The notes beneath the pieces were generated by a model. That model saw only the letters and a program-made list of their open reading frames with translations. It was not told the DNA's origin and ran no database searches. A DNA stretch of 64,000 bases, taken from the NCBI RefSeq assembly GCF_030384885.1, contig NZ_CP128613.1; one strand, given 5' to 3'. This document shows positions 47,083 through 60,437 of this stretch, one piece after another. Position 1 is the first letter of the stretch. Every line of letters begins with the position of its first letter. This stretch comes from Escherichia coli (GTDB taxonomy: Bacteria > Pseudomonadota > Gammaproteobacteria > Enterobacterales > Enterobacteriaceae). A program made the position numbers and the translations under genes.

Positions 47083-48794
47083 TGAACGAAAAACATCCAG
47101 GGCCTTTAGTGGTCGAAGGAAAACTGACAGACGCCGAGCGCATGAAGCTTGAGAGCAACTACCTGCGCGGGACCATTGCGGAAGATTTAAACGACGGTCT
47201 GACCGGCGGCTTTAAGGGCGACAACTTCCTGCTGATCCGTTTCCACGGTATGTATCAGCAGGATGACCGCGATATCCGCGCCGAACGTGCTGAACAGAAG
47301 CTGGAACCGCGTCATGCGATGCTGCTGCGCTGCCGTCTGCCGGGTGGGGTGATCACCACTAAACAGTGGCAGGCAATTGATAAATTCGCCGGTGAAAACA
47401 CCATTTATGGCAGCATTCGCCTGACCAACCGCCAGACGTTCCAGTTCCACGGCATTCTGAAAAAGAACGTCAAACCGGTGCACCAGATGCTGCATTCGGT
47501 CGGTCTTGATGCGCTGGCGACCGCCAACGACATGAACCGTAATGTACTCTGCACCTCGAACCCATTTGAATCTCAGTTGCACGCGGAAGCGTATGAGTGG
47601 GCGAAGAAAATCTCTGAACATCTGCTGCCGCGTACCCGCGCCTACGCGGAGATCTGGCTCGATCAGGAGAAAGTCGCCACCACCGATGAAGAACCCATCC
47701 TCGGTCAGACCTACCTGCCGCGTAAATTCAAAACCACGGTAGTGATCCCGCCGCAGAACGATATCGATCTGCACGCCAACGACATGAACTTTGTGGCGAT
47801 CGCGGAAAACGGCAAGCTGGTGGGCTTCAACCTGCTGGTGGGCGGTGGGCTTTCTATCGAACACGGCAACAAGAAAACCTACGCCCGCACGGCGAGCGAG
47901 TTTGGCTATCTGCCACTGGAGCATACGCTGGCGGTGGCGGAAGCGGTCGTTACCACTCAGCGTGACTGGGGTAATCGTACTGACCGTAAAAACGCCAAAA
48001 CCAAATACACGCTGGAGCGCGTGGGTGTTGAGACGTTTAAAGCAGAAGTGGAACGTCGCGCGGGGATCAAATTTGAGCCGATCCGTCCTTATGAATTTAC
48101 CGGACGCGGCGATCGTATCGGCTGGGTAAAAGGGATCGATGACAAATGGCACCTGACGCTGTTTATCGAAAATGGCCGAATTCTTGATTATCCGGGGCGT
48201 CCGCTGAAAACCGGCCTGCTGGAGATCGCGAAGATCCACAAAGGTGATTTCCGCATTACGGCGAACCAGAATCTGATCATCGCCGGTGTACCGGAAAGCG
48301 AGAAAGCGAAGATTGAGAAGATCGCCAAAGAGAGCGGATTGATGAATGCCGTCACGCCGCAGCGCGAAAACTCAATGGCCTGCGTGTCATTCCCGACTTG
48401 CCCGTTGGCGATGGCGGAAGCGGAGCGTTTCCTGCCGTCGTTTATCGATAACATCGATAATTTAATGGCGAAACATGGTGTCAGCGATGAGCACATCGTG
48501 ATGCGTGTAACAGGCTGCCCGAACGGTTGTGGTCGCGCGATGCTGGCGGAAGTGGGCCTGGTGGGTAAAGCGCCGGGTCGCTACAACCTGCATCTTGGCG
48601 GCAACCGCATGGGAACGCGTATCCCACGGATGTATAAAGAAAACATCACCGAGCCGGAAATCCTGGCGACGCTTGATGAACTGATAGGGCGCTGGGCGAA
48701 AGAGCGTGAAGCGGGTGAAGGCTTCGGTGACTTTACGGTGCGTGCGGGCATCATTCGCCCGGTGCTCGATCCGGCGCGTGATTTGTGGGATTAA
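47082..48794 (+). CDS. cysI: Sulfite reductase [NADPH] hemoprotein beta subunit
   Basis: 570-aa [33 protein letters not shown]...; start overlaps the cysJ stop. Confidence 0.95.
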   Translation: MNEKHPGPLVVEGKLTDAERMKLESNYLRGTIAEDLNDGLTGGFKGDNFLLIRFHGMYQQDDRDIRAERAEQKLEPRHAMLLRCRLPGGVITTKQWQAIDKFAGENTIYGSIRLTNRQTFQFHGILKKNVKPVHQMLHSVGLDALATANDMNRNVLCTSNPFESQLHAEAYEWAKKISEHLLPRTRAYAEIWLDQEKVATTDEEPILGQTYLPRKFKTTVVIPPQNDIDLHANDMNFVAIAENGKLVGFNLLVGGGLSIEHGNKKTYARTASEFGYLPLEHTLAVAEAVVTTQRDWGNRTDRKNAKTKYTLERVGVETFKAEVERRAGIKFEPIRPYEFTGRGDRIGWVKGIDDKWHLTLFIENGRILDYPGRPLKTGLLEIAKIHKGDFRITANQNLIIAGVPESEKAKIEKIAKESGLMNAVTPQRENSMACVSFPTCPLAMAEAERFLPSFIDNIDNLMAKHGVSDEHIVMRVTGCPNGCGRAMLAEVGLVGKAPGRYNLHLGGNRMGTRIPRMYKENITEPEILATLDELIGRWAKEREAGEGFGDFTVRAGIIRPVLDPARDLWD

Positions 48795-48795
48795 C

Positions 48796-48850
48796 CATCA
48801 GTCCAGTCTTGTAGGCCTGATAAGACGCGTAAGCGTCGCATCAGGCAAGG
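48796..48850. repeat. REP element
   Basis: tgtaggcctgataagacgcgtaagcgtcgcatcaggcaaggc between cysI and cysH. Confidence 0.7.
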
Positions 48851-48867
48851 CAAACAGTGAGGAATCT

Positions 48868-49602
48868 ATGTCCAAACTCGATCTAAATGCCCTGAACGAA
48901 CTGCCGAAGGTAGATCGCATTCTGGCGCTGGCGGAAACTAACGCCGAGCTTGAAAAACTGGATGCTGAAGGCCGCGTTGCCTGGGCGCTGGAAAATCTGC
49001 CCGGTGAATATGTGCTTTCTTCCAGTTTCGGCATTCAGGCGGCGGTGAGCCTGCATCTGGTTAATCAGATTCGCCCGGATATCCCGGTGATCCTGACCGA
49101 TACGGGTTATCTGTTCCCGGAAACCTACCGCTTTATTGACGAGTTAACGGACAAACTCAAGCTCAACCTGAAAGTGTACCGCGCTACCGAAAGCGCCGCC
49201 TGGCAGGAAGCACGCTACGGCAAACTGTGGGAGCAGGGCGTTGAAGGCATTGAAAAGTACAACGATATCAACAAAGTCGAACCGATGAACCGGGCGCTGA
49301 AAGAACTGAACGCACAAACGTGGTTTGCTGGCCTGCGCCGTGAACAATCCGGCAGCCGCGCTAATTTACCGGTGTTGGCAATTCAACGTGGTGTATTTAA
49401 AGTGCTGCCGATTATCGACTGGGATAACCGAACTATTTATCAGTATCTGCAAAAACATGGCCTGAAATATCACCCATTATGGGACGAAGGATATTTATCG
49501 GTTGGTGATACACATACAACCCGTAAATGGGAACCCGGTATGGCGGAAGAAGAAACGCGTTTCTTTGGCTTAAAAAGGGAATGTGGGCTGCACGAAGGGT
49601 AA
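48868..49602 (+). CDS. cysH: Phosphoadenosine phosphosulfate (PAPS) reductase
   Basis: ORF track starts 48706; ATG at 48868 gives [25 protein letters not shown]... (244 aa). Confidence 0.93.
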   Translation: MSKLDLNALNELPKVDRILALAETNAELEKLDAEGRVAWALENLPGEYVLSSSFGIQAAVSLHLVNQIRPDIPVILTDTGYLFPETYRFIDELTDKLKLNLKVYRATESAAWQEARYGKLWEQGVEGIEKYNDINKVEPMNRALKELNAQTWFAGLRREQSGSRANLPVLAIQRGVFKVLPIIDWDNRTIYQYLQKHGLKYHPLWDEGYLSVGDTHTTRKWEPGMAEEETRFFGLKRECGLHEG

Positions 49603-49865
49603 ATATTGTCGGATAAAATAAACGCCTCTGTCAGAAATGATGGGGGTGTTTTTATTTTGCGAGCAGCATTCCGGCATTTAAACGTGAATATAGCAGGGGA
49701 AATCAACAGTTATAGAATGGCGTCGGGTGCTTGAGGCTGTCTGGCGTTAAGCATTCGCGAGGTTCCAGATGGACAAAAGCCCCAGGCGATATATCTATCA
49801 ACCTGAGGCTCGCGTTCGAACGTAGCAATTCGGATGTTAGTCTCTTCTTTGCAGGGAGGCAAGAC

Positions 49866-50018
49866 ATGCTGACAAAATATGCCCTTGTGGCAATCATCGT
49901 ACTGTGTTGTACAGTACTGGGATTCACGCTGATGGTAGGCGACTCGTTGTGTGAGTTGAGTATCAGAGAACGTGGTATGGAGTTTAAGGCAGTTCTCGCT
50001 TACGAATCGAAGAAGTAG
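49866..50018 (+). CDS. hokX: Hok/Gef-family type I toxin (small membrane peptide)
   Basis: ATG at 49866 after GGGAGG gives [50 protein letters not shown] (50 aa); Hok-type TM helix plus the LCE...AYE motif; symbol by position only. Confidence 0.75.
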   Translation: MLTKYALVAIIVLCCTVLGFTLMVGDSLCELSIRERGMEFKAVLAYESKK

Positions 50019-50256
50019 CCACCACGCGGGGGTAAAACCCCGCGTATTGAATTGTGATGGTTTGGTCTCCTGCACCCTTTTTTTCATTTATATTGTTTTT
50101 GTGAATATTATGCCTGTGTTTATTATTTATATATATCACAGATGAAAATCATTGAATTATTCATAATGTGAATATTTTATTGAACGATATATATCACAGA
50201 TAATTTTTAATATATGCGTAAATATCCTTTAAGTTTTACTGAAGGATAAAAACATT

Positions 50257-51690
50257 GTGACTTTCTTTGATTTCTGGGGAAAAACCCGACGTGGCGAGAA
50301 AGAGGGTGGCGACGATTATCACCTTCTTTGCTGGCATTCGCTGGATGTAGCCGCGATAGGCTATTTAATGGTCAAAAACAACTGTTTCGGGCTGGCTGAC
50401 TATTTTCGTCAATTAGGTTTCGCTGACACGGATCAGGCAGCACAATTTTTCGCCTGGTTGTTGTGCTGGCACGATACTGGAAAATTTGCCCGCTCATTTC
50501 AGCAACTTTACCTGCACCCACAACTCAAGGTTCCGGAAGGCGCAAGAAAGAATTACGAAAAGATCTCTCATTCAACGCTGGGTTACTGGTTGTGGCATCA
50601 TTATTTAATTGAATGTGAAGAGTTGCTTCCTTCATCTTCACTCTCTTTGCGCAAACTTAAACGAGTAATAGATATGTGGATGCCCGTGACGACCGGGCAT
50701 CATGGTCGGCCTCCTGACCGTATCGATGAACTGGACAACTTTCTGCCTGAAGACAAAGCTGCCGCACGGGATTTTCTCCTTGAAATCAAGGTACTGTTTC
50801 CGCTCATCGAGATCCCTACATTCTGGGATGATGACGAGGGCGTTGAACTTATAAAACATTTTTCCTGGTATATCTCTGCAACCGTCGTACTCGCAGACTG
50901 GACGGGATCGTCAACGCGGTTTTTTCCACGCGTTGCACAGGCAATGGATATTAAAGATTACTGGCAGAAGGCTTTAGTTCAGGCTCAAAACGCATTAACC
51001 GTCTTTCCCCCAAAAGCAGAAAGCGCGCCTTTCACTGGAATTAATACGCTGTTTCCTTTTATTGAGAACCCAACACCGTTACAGCAAAAGGTGTTGGATC
51101 TGGATATCAGCCAGCCAGGACCACAGTTGTTTATTCTGGAAGATGTGACTGGCGCAGGTAAAACAGAAGCGGCGCTTATCCTGGCGCACAGGTTGATGTC
51201 TGCGGGGAAAGCACAGGGTTTGTTTTTTGGTTTGCCAACAATGGCAACGGCCAATGCCATGTACGATAGGCTGGTAAAAACCTGGCTTGCTTTCTATTCG
51301 CCACAATCCCGCCCCAGCCTGGTGCTGGCACACAGCGCTCGTTCGCTAATGGATCGCTTTAACGCATCGCTGTGGTCTGGTGATTTTGTGGGGTCAGAAG
51401 AACCGGATGAACAAGCGTTCAGTCAGGGATGTGCGGCCTGGTTTGCTGACAGTAACAAGAAGGCGTTGCTGGCTGAAATTGGCGTCGGCACGCTGGATCA
51501 GGCGATGATGGCGGTGATGCCGTTCAAACATAATAATCTGCGGCTTCTGGGGCTGAGTAACAAAATCCTGCTAGCCGATGAGATCCACGCCTGTGACGCT
51601 TATATGTCGTGCATTCTTGAAGGGCTGATCGAGCGGCAGGCGCGTGGCGGAAACAGCGTTATTTTGCTTTCTGCTACGTTGCCGGGGTAG
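50257..51690 (+). pseudogene. cas3: cas3 (type I-E), 5' fragment: HD nuclease plus helicase motifs I-III, premature stop
   Basis: 477-aa ORF with Walker A (VTGAGKTEAA), DExH (LLADEIHACD) and SAT motifs, stopping right after SATLPG; full Cas3 is roughly 890 aa. The start codon is non-ATG (likely GTG); my own count places it at 50258, one nucleotide off the track. Confidence 0.85.
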
Positions 51691-51746
51691 GGATACGGCG
51701 TGATGACACCGAATGCTTAAACGCGTTTAATCGCCACTATTCACTG

Positions 51747-52304
51747 GTGGTTTGCGCCAGCCGTAACCCGCGCTGGGCACGGGATTATCACACGGTCCAG
51801 ATGCCAAAAGAGGTGCGTAAAGCGCGTTATTTCAGCCGTCGCGAAGAGTTGAGCGCCCCTGATCTTCTAAGCGCGATTATCTCCCGGCGCGACTACTACA
51901 CCGATGCCTGGTGGATGGTGGCCGTGGCAACAACAGCTGATGCGCCTTACAGCCTCGAACAGTTGCAGGAAGGTTTACGCCATCCGGTTTTTCCGCTTTA
52001 TCTGGGGCGAAAAAGCCATCCGCTGGCATTACCCCTTGCGCCGTTACTGCTTGAAGGTAACGCGTCTGATGCCTTACGTAACGCATACCAACAGTATCAG
52101 GATCGTTTCCACGAACTGAAAGTCTCACTCCCGAAACTTCAGGATGAATGCTGGTGGGAAGGGGAGCACGATGGCCTGGTCTCGAGCAAAATATTACGCC
52201 GCCGGGATGTTCCTTTAAATCGTCAGCAGTGGCTGTTTGGGGAACGCACCGTCAATCAGGGGCCGTGGCTCAGCAAGGAGGAACCATGTACCTCTCAAGA
52301 ATAA
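51747..52304 (+). pseudogene. casD: casD (cas5e) 3' remnant
   Basis: Frame contains RDYHTV ... PLYLGRKSHPLALPL, matching the C-terminal two-thirds of Cas5e as I recall it; no N-terminal region; its 3' end overlaps the casE start as in intact operons. Confidence 0.65.
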
Positions 52305-52932
52305 CCTTACATACCGGCCAGCTTTCGCCTGCGCAGTTACTGCATCTGGTGGATCGCGGTGAATATGTGATGCATCAGTGGCTGTGGGATCTTTTTCCTG
52401 GCGGCAAAGAAAGGCAATTTCTTTATCGTCGGGAAGAACTCCAGGGCGCGTTTCGCTTTTTTGTCCTGTCGCAGGAACGCCCGGCGGAAAGTGAAATGTT
52501 CACCATCGAATGCCGGTCATTTGCGCCGGAGCTGCGTACCGGACAATCCCTTTGTTTCAACCTGCGGGCGAATCCAACAGTCTGTAAAGCGGGTAAGCGC
52601 CACGATCTGCTGATGGAGGCGAAACGGCAGGTGAGGGGGCAGGCGGAAGGAAGTGATGTCTGGTTGCATCAACAACAGGCGGCGCTGGGCTGGCTGGCTG
52701 CGCAGGGAGAGAGAAGTGGTTTTACACTGCTGGATACCTCGGTCGATGCCTACCGACAACAGCAACTGCGGCGGGAAAATGCCCGGCAACTGATCCAGTT
52801 CAGTAGCGTGGATTATACGGGGATGCTGACGGTCACCGAGCCAGGGTTATTTCTGCAACGTCTCTGCCTGGGGTATGGCAAAAGCCGGGCGTTCGGCTGT
52901 GGTCTGATGTTAATCAAACCCGGAGCAGAGGC

Positions 52933-52936
<4 letters not shown>
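52286..52936 (+). CDS. casE: CRISPR pre-crRNA endoribonuclease Cas6e (CasE)
   Basis: ATG at about 52286 after AAGGAGG gives MYLSRITLHTGQLSPAQLLHLVDRG...GCGLMLIKP. Confidence 0.85.
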
Positions 52937-54146
<1,210 letters not shown>

Positions 54147-54240
54147 GTTACCCGTTCTTTAAAAATAAGGAAATGTTTGAATTTAGTTGGTAGATTGTTG
54201 ATGTGGAATAAAATTGTTTAAAAACAGATACGTATGCTTA

Positions 54241-54574
54241 GTGTGTTCCCCGCGCCAGCGGGGATAAACCGAATACCCAGCGCTATTTCGAGCGCGAGAG
54301 AGTGTGTTCCCCGCGCCAGCGGGGATAAACCGGAAATTTCGGAAATTAAATCCGCTCGCGATCGGTGTTCCCCGCGCCAGCGGGGATAAACCCCATGGCA
54401 GGAAGAGCGGATGATTTAGGGGTAAGTGTTCCCCGCGCCAGCGGGGATAAACCGAAGCCGGATCACATTTTCTTAGCGGAGCTGACGTGTTCCCCGCGCC
54501 AGCGGGGATAAACCGCTCTCGGTTCTGGGGTACTGTTACCCATAACTGAGCTCCCCCGCGTCAGCGGGGGAACT
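54241..54574 (+). CRISPR. Type I-E CRISPR array beside cas2: 6 repeats, 5 spacers of 32 nt
   Basis: GTGTTCCCCGCGCCAGCGGGGATAAACCG at a 61-bp period, starting 54241, 54302, 54363, 54424, 54485; terminal degenerate repeat at 54546 (gagctcccccgcgtcagcgggggaactcc); AT-rich leader 54147-54240. Confidence 0.95.
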
Positions 54575-54597
54575 CCCAACTCCCATTTTCAAACGCC

Positions 54598-55635
54598 TCA
54601 TGACGCCTTCGCCAGTTCCTTCACCAGCGGTAGCATTATCCGCATAACGTCACGGCAGCGACGTTCTATTCTTCCAGGAAGCGCCTTATCAATATGCTGT
54701 TGATTATCAAGCCTTACATCATGCCAGCTATTTCCCGCCGGGAAGGCCGGTGTTTTTGCGCGTTGCTGATAACCATCCTTATTTCCAAGATTCCAGTTGG
54801 TCGCCTCCACCGAAAGTACCGCAATACCGGCTTTGTCGAAAACTTCTGCATCGTTACAACACCCAGTGCCTTTCGGATAGTTTTTATTCAAACCTGGATT
54901 TGTTGTCGCTGCAATCCCATGATTACGCGCAATTGCCAGCGCTCGATCACGGGTTAATTTCCTGACAGCCTCTGGTGTATTTACACCACTATTAAAATAC
55001 AATTTATCGCCAACAATTAAGTTATCGAGATTAATCACCAGCAGCGTATTTTTCTTTTCAGTATCGCTCATGCGCTTGAGTAAATTCTCAGCGCCTAATT
55101 TCCCTTCTTCTTCTCCACTGGTTGCCACAAAACGAATACCATACTCGGTAGGCGTATTTTTCAGACGTTCAGCCAGTTCCAGCATGACACCTAAACCTGC
55201 GGCGTTATCATCCATTCCTTGTAACGTCAGCCCGCCGAGATTGGCATCGGCGTCGGCATCGCTCAGTGGAGCGTACGTATCAAGATGCGCCATAATGATG
55301 ATCTGCTGCGGCGCTTTGCCTTCATGAGCGGCAATCACCGTACTTCCCGTCACGTTGTGCCAGTTTTTGCGGTTATCGCGGGCGGTGTAAATATATCGGC
55401 TATTAAATGTCCGAATATCACTGCGATAACCCATCTGTTGAAACTGTTGGCGAATATAATCGGCAGATAACATTTCTGCAGGAGTTCCGGTCATGCGTCC
55501 CGGAAAGAAAGTAGCAATATGTCGTGCCTGTGTATTAGCAAAATCACCAGGTTTAGGTGACGAGGCGTGTACGGGGAGAATAAAGCATACGCCGAGCGCC
55601 AGGGCAGCGGTACGGTGGCGCAATGCGGAAAACAT
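54598..55635 (-). CDS. iap: Alkaline phosphatase isozyme conversion aminopeptidase (M28 family)
   Basis: 345-aa ORF MFSALRHRTAALALGVCFILPVHASSPKPGDF... with signal peptide. Confidence 0.88.
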   Translation of the reverse strand: MFSALRHRTAALALGVCFILPVHASSPKPGDFANTQARHIATFFPGRMTGTPAEMLSADYIRQQFQQMGYRSDIRTFNSRYIYTARDNRKNWHNVTGSTVIAAHEGKAPQQIIIMAHLDTYAPLSDADADANLGGLTLQGMDDNAAGLGVMLELAERLKNTPTEYGIRFVATSGEEEGKLGAENLLKRMSDTEKKNTLLVINLDNLIVGDKLYFNSGVNTPEAVRKLTRDRALAIARNHGIAATTNPGLNKNYPKGTGCCNDAEVFDKAGIAVLSVEATNWNLGNKDGYQQRAKTPAFPAGNSWHDVRLDNQQHIDKALPGRIERRCRDVMRIMLPLVKELAKAS

Positions 55636-55887
55636 AGTGAGTCCTTAAATACCATGCAAATTTTTTTACCGCCATAGTATGAAACTGCCGCTGCGCTAAA
55701 ACAATTTCAAATCTTCCTAAACGCCCGAAATCCGGTGCCTTAAGCACTTTTTGATATTAGCTTTGCCAAATCGTTATTCCGTTAAGGAACTACTCATTCT
55801 AATTGGTAATTTCATTCGTTCTCTTACGCTCCCTATAGTCGAAACATCTGATGGCAAGAAAAATAGCGGTATTGCAAAGGAACGGTT

Positions 55888-56796
55888 ATGGATCAAAAAC
55901 GACTTACTCACCTGCGGCAACTGGAGGCGGAAAGCATCCACATTATTCGCGAGGTGGCGGCAGAATTCTCAAATCCGGTGATGCTCTACTCTATCGGTAA
56001 AGATTCCAGCGTCATGCTGCATCTGGCGCGCAAGGCGTTTTATCCGGGTACGCTGCCTTTCCCTCTGCTGCATGTTGATACTGGCTGGAAATTCCGCGAG
56101 ATGTATGAGTTTCGTGATCGTACGGCTAAAGCCTATGGCTGCGAGTTGCTGGTGCATAAAAACCCGGAAGGCGTGGCGATGGGGATTAATCCATTCGTAC
56201 ACGGCAGCGCAAAACATACCGATATTATGAAAACCGAAGGTTTGAAGCAGGCGTTGAACAAGTACGGTTTTGATGCCGCCTTCGGTGGCGCACGTCGTGA
56301 CGAAGAGAAATCCCGCGCTAAGGAGCGAATCTACTCTTTCCGTGACCGCTTCCATCGCTGGGACCCGAAAAATCAGCGCCCGGAGCTGTGGCACAACTAC
56401 AACGGGCAAATTAACAAAGGCGAAAGTATCCGCGTTTTCCCGCTCTCTAACTGGACCGAGCAGGATATCTGGCAATACATCTGGCTGGAAAATATCGACA
56501 TTGTCCCGCTGTATCTCGCTGCTGAACGTCCGGTTCTGGAACGCGACGGTATGTTGATGATGATTGATGACAACCGTATCGACCTGCAACCGGGCGAAGT
56601 GATTAAAAAACGGATGGTGCGTTTCCGTACGCTGGGCTGCTGGCCGCTGACCGGCGCGGTGGAGTCAAATGCGCAAACACTGCCGGAAATCATCGAAGAG
56701 ATGCTGGTTTCCACCACCAGTGAACGTCAGGGGCGCGTGATTGACCGCGACCAGGCAGGTTCTATGGAGCTGAAAAAACGTCAGGGGTATTTTTAA
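55888..56796 (+). CDS. cysD: Sulfate adenylyltransferase subunit 2
   Basis: 302-aa [30 protein letters not shown]... (PAPS-reductase-like fold). Confidence 0.95.
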   Translation: MDQKRLTHLRQLEAESIHIIREVAAEFSNPVMLYSIGKDSSVMLHLARKAFYPGTLPFPLLHVDTGWKFREMYEFRDRTAKAYGCELLVHKNPEGVAMGINPFVHGSAKHTDIMKTEGLKQALNKYGFDAAFGGARRDEEKSRAKERIYSFRDRFHRWDPKNQRPELWHNYNGQINKGESIRVFPLSNWTEQDIWQYIWLENIDIVPLYLAAERPVLERDGMLMMIDDNRIDLQPGEVIKKRMVRFRTLGCWPLTGAVESNAQTLPEIIEEMLVSTTSERQGRVIDRDQAGSMELKKRQGYF

Positions 56797-56797
56797 G

Positions 56798-58225
56798 ATG
56801 AACACTGCACTTGCACAACAAATTGCCAATGAAGGCGGCGTTGAAGCCTGGATGATTGCGCAACAACATAAAAGTCTGCTGCGTTTTCTGACCTGTGGTA
56901 GCGTCGATGACGGCAAAAGTACCCTGATTGGTCGCCTGCTGCACGATACCCGCCAAATCTACGAAGATCAGCTCTCATCGCTGCATAACGACAGTAAGCG
57001 TCACGGCACCCAGGGCGAAAAGCTGGATCTGGCACTGCTGGTGGACGGCCTGCAAGCTGAGCGTGAACAGGGCATCACCATTGATGTGGCTTACCGCTAT
57101 TTCTCCACTGAGAAGCGTAAATTTATAATCGCCGATACCCCTGGGCACGAGCAGTACACCCGCAATATGGCGACTGGCGCATCGACATGCGAACTGGCGA
57201 TCTTACTGATCGATGCCCGTAAAGGCGTGCTCGATCAAACGCGTCGTCACAGTTTTATCTCCACACTGTTGGGGATCAAACATCTGATCGTGGCGATCAA
57301 CAAAATGGATCTGGTGGATTACAGCGAAGAGACGTTCACCCGCATTCGTGAAGATTATCTGACCTTTGCCGAGCAGCTGCCGGGTAATCTGGATATTCGC
57401 TTTGTGCCGCTCTCCGCGCTGGAAGGCGACAACGTGGCTTCGCAAAGTGAAAGCATGTCGTGGTACAGCGGTCCGACACTGCTCGAAGTGCTGGAAACCG
57501 TGGAAATCCAGCGAGTGGTGGATGCTCAGCCAATGCGCTTTCCGGTGCAGTACGTTAACCGCCCGAATCTCGATTTTCGTGGCTACGCCGGAACGCTGGC
57601 ATCCGGTCGCGTGGAAGTCGGGCAACGTGTCAAAGTGCTGCCCTCTGGTGTGGAATCAAACGTCGCGCGGATCGTGACCTTTGATGGCGATCGCGAAGAA
57701 GCCTTTGCCGGAGAAGCGATCACCCTGGTGCTGACGGATGAGATCGACATCAGCCGTGGCGATCTGCTGCTGGCGGCAGACGAAGCGTTACCGGCTGTGC
57801 AGAGCGCGTCGGTGGATGTGGTATGGATGGCGGAACAGCCGCTTTCCCCAGGCCAGAGTTACGACATCAAAATTGCCGGTAAGAAGACGCGTGCTCGTGT
57901 TGATGGCATTCGTTATCAGGTTGATATTAATAACCTTACTCAACGCGAAGTTGAAAATCTGCCGCTGAACGGCATCGGCCTGGTGGATCTCACTTTTGAC
58001 GAGCCACTGGTGTTAGATCGTTATCAGCAAAACCCGGTTACTGGTGGTCTGATTTTTATCGATCGCCTGAGCAATGTGACCGTGGGTGCCGGTATGGTGC
58101 ACGAGCCAGTTAGCCAGGCTACTGCTGCGCCATCTGAATTCAGTGCATTCGAACTGGAATTGAATGCCCTGGTTCGCCGCCATTTCCCGCACTGGGGTGC
58201 GCGCGATTTACTGGGAGATAAATAA
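56798..58225 (+). CDS. cysN: Sulfate adenylyltransferase subunit 1 (GTPase)
   Basis: 475-aa ORF with GTP-binding motifs ([18 protein letters not shown]). Confidence 0.95.
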   Translation: MNTALAQQIANEGGVEAWMIAQQHKSLLRFLTCGSVDDGKSTLIGRLLHDTRQIYEDQLSSLHNDSKRHGTQGEKLDLALLVDGLQAEREQGITIDVAYRYFSTEKRKFIIADTPGHEQYTRNMATGASTCELAILLIDARKGVLDQTRRHSFISTLLGIKHLIVAINKMDLVDYSEETFTRIREDYLTFAEQLPGNLDIRFVPLSALEGDNVASQSESMSWYSGPTLLEVLETVEIQRVVDAQPMRFPVQYVNRPNLDFRGYAGTLASGRVEVGQRVKVLPSGVESNVARIVTFDGDREEAFAGEAITLVLTDEIDISRGDLLLAADEALPAVQSASVDVVWMAEQPLSPGQSYDIKIAGKKTRARVDGIRYQVDINNLTQREVENLPLNGIGLVDLTFDEPLVLDRYQQNPVTGGLIFIDRLSNVTVGAGMVHEPVSQATAAPSEFSAFELELNALVRRHFPHWGARDLLGDK

Positions 58226-58830
58226 TGGCGCTGCATGACGAAAACGTCGTCTGGCATAGCCACCCAGTAACTCCGCAACAACGCGAACAGCACCACGGTC
58301 ATCGTGGTGTTGTGCTGTGGTTTACCGGCCTCTCTGGTTCCGGTAAATCAACCGTCGCGGGGGCGCTGGAGGAGGCGTTACATAACCTTGGTGTCAGTAC
58401 GTATTTGCTGGATGGCGACAACGTCCGCCACGGCTTATGCAGCGATCTCGGTTTTAGCGATGCCGATCGTAAAGAGAATATCCGTCGCGTCGGTGAAGTG
58501 GCGAATTTAATGGTTGAAGCTGGACTGGTGGTGCTGACCGCTTTTATCTCGCCACACCGCGCCGAACGCCAGATGGTTCGCGAACGCGTAGGAGAAGGGC
58601 GTTTTATCGAAGTGTTTGTCGATACGCCGCTGGCGATTTGCGAGGCCCGCGATCCAAAAGGCTTATATAAGAAAGCACGTGCCGGTGAACTGCGTAACTT
58701 TACGGGAATAGATTCCGTTTACGAAGCACCTGAATCGGCAGAAATTCATCTCAATGGTGAACAATTAGTAACAAATTTGGTACAGCAATTATTAGATCTG
58801 TTGAGACAGAACGATATTATCAGATCCTGA
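58225..58830 (+). CDS. cysC: Adenylyl-sulfate (APS) kinase
   Basis: 201-aa ORF with P-loop GLSGSGKST; start overlaps the cysN stop. Confidence 0.95.
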   Translation: MALHDENVVWHSHPVTPQQREQHHGHRGVVLWFTGLSGSGKSTVAGALEEALHNLGVSTYLLDGDNVRHGLCSDLGFSDADRKENIRRVGEVANLMVEAGLVVLTAFISPHRAERQMVRERVGEGRFIEVFVDTPLAICEARDPKGLYKKARAGELRNFTGIDSVYEAPESAEIHLNGEQLVTNLVQQLLDLLRQNDIIRS

Positions 58831-58879
58831 GACACCACCGGGTTTCCATGCCCGGTCCGTCAAAGTTACAGGATCAAAT

Positions 58880-59203
58880 ATGCGTAATAGCCATAACATT
58901 ACACTAACAAATAACGACAGCCTTACTGAGGATGAAGAAACCACATGGTCACTGCCAGGTGCTGTGGTTGGTTTTGTCTCCTGGTTATTTGCGCTGGCGA
59001 TGCCGATGTTGATTTATGGCTCTAACACGCTGTTCTTCTTTATCTACACCTGGCCTTTCTTTCTGGCACTGATGCCTGTCGCGGTGGTGGTGGGGATTGC
59101 GCTGCATTCATTGATGGACGGAAAGCTACGCTACAGTATTGTTTTCACCCTGGTGACAGTCGGCATTATGTTTGGCGCACTGTTTATGTGGCTACTGGGC
59201 TAA
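58880..59203 (+). CDS. ygbE: Small inner-membrane protein YgbE
   Basis: 107-aa hydrophobic ORF MRNSHNITLTNNDSLTEDEETTWSLPGAVVGF... Confidence 0.75.
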   Translation: MRNSHNITLTNNDSLTEDEETTWSLPGAVVGFVSWLFALAMPMLIYGSNTLFFFIYTWPFFLALMPVAVVVGIALHSLMDGKLRYSIVFTLVTVGIMFGALFMWLLG

Positions 59204-59396
59204 TTTGTACTTTCCCGTCTCCTCTGTTCATAATTCAAACCGTAACGAATAATGAGATTATGTTCTGCACGCCCTGGGTATACGTAACAATGGACAAATG
59301 TGGTACATTTGCCCGCGTTGTCGCGGTATCCCCAACAGAGGATGTAGAGTCGTCTTCGGATGCATGGGATGAAGATGCCGTTTTTCAGGGGGCAGG

Positions 59397-59708
59397 ATGG
59401 GTAAACTAACGCTGCTGTTGCTGGCTATTCTGGTCTGGCTACAGTATTCGCTGTGGTTCGGTAAGAACGGTATACATGACTATACCCGCGTCAATGATGA
59501 TGTGGCGGCACAGCAAGCTACAAACGCGAAACTTAAAGCGCGAAACGATCAACTTTTTGCCGAAATTGACGATCTCAATGGCGGCCAGGAGGCGCTCGAA
59601 GAGCGTGCGCGTAATGAACTTAGCATGACCAGGCCGGGCGAAACTTTTTATCGTCTGGTGCCTGACGCGTCGAAGCGCGCACAGTCTGCGGGGCAAAACA
59701 CTCGATAA
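59397..59708 (+). CDS. ftsB: Cell division protein FtsB
   Basis: 103-aa [32 protein letters not shown]..., TM segment plus coiled coil. Confidence 0.9.
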   Translation: MGKLTLLLLAILVWLQYSLWFGKNGIHDYTRVNDDVAAQQATNAKLKARNDQLFAEIDDLNGGQEALEERARNELSMTRPGETFYRLVPDASKRAQSAGQNTR

Positions 59709-59726
59709 ATCAGCCCGGGAATTAAC

Positions 59727-60437
59727 ATGGCAACCACTCATTTGGATGTTTGCGCCGTGGTTCCGGCGGCCGGATTTGGCCGTCGAATGCAAACGGAATG
59801 TCCTAAGCAATATCTTTCAATCGGTAATCAAACCATTCTTGAACACTCGGTGCATGCGCTGCTGGCGCATCCCCGGGTGAAGCATGTCGTCATTGCCATA
59901 AGTCCTGGCGATAGCCGTTTTGCACAACTTCCTCTGGCGAATCATCCGCAAATCACCGTTGTAGATGGCGGTGATGAGCGTGCCGATTCGGTACTGGCAG
60001 GTCTGAAAGCCGCTGGCGATGCGCAGTGGGTATTGGTGCATGACGCCGCTCGTCCTTGTCTGCATCAGGATGACCTCGCGCGATTGTTGGCGTTGAGCGA
60101 AACCAGCCGCACGGGGGGGATCCTCGCCGCACCAGTGCGCGATACGATGAAACGTGCCGAACCGGGCAAAAATGCCATTGCTCATACCGTTGATCGCAAC
60201 GGCTTATGGCACGCGCTGACGCCGCAATTTTTCCCTCGTGAGCTGTTACATGACTGCCTGACGCGCGCTTTAAATGAAGGTGCGACTATTACCGACGAAG
60301 CCTCGGCGCTGGAATATTGCGGATTTCATCCGCAGTTGGTCGAAGGCCGCGCGGATAACATTAAAGTCACGCGCCCGGAAGATTTGGCACTGGCCGAGTT
60401 TTACCTCACCCGAACCATCCATCAGGAGAATACATAA
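59727..60437 (+). CDS. ispD: 2-C-methyl-D-erythritol 4-phosphate cytidylyltransferase
   Basis: 236-aa [33 protein letters not shown]... Confidence 0.93.

Noticed and set aside
47187-48239. 350-aa minus-strand ORF opposite cysI
   Set aside because: Antisense to the sulfite reductase hemoprotein gene; no motifs; a shadow ORF.
49731-49865. Upstream in-frame extension of the Hok frame (95-aa ORF) as a separate gene
   Set aside because: Not annotated as a separate CDS: no convincing SD at its start, and Mok-type frames usually overlap hok in a different frame; kept only as a possibility in the findings.
51690-51750. Possible IS element or inverted repeat at the cas3/casD deletion junction
   Set aside because: No transposase ORF, terminal inverted repeats or target-site duplication are visible; the junction is only about 60 nt, so the deletion is treated as a simple internal loss of unknown mechanism.
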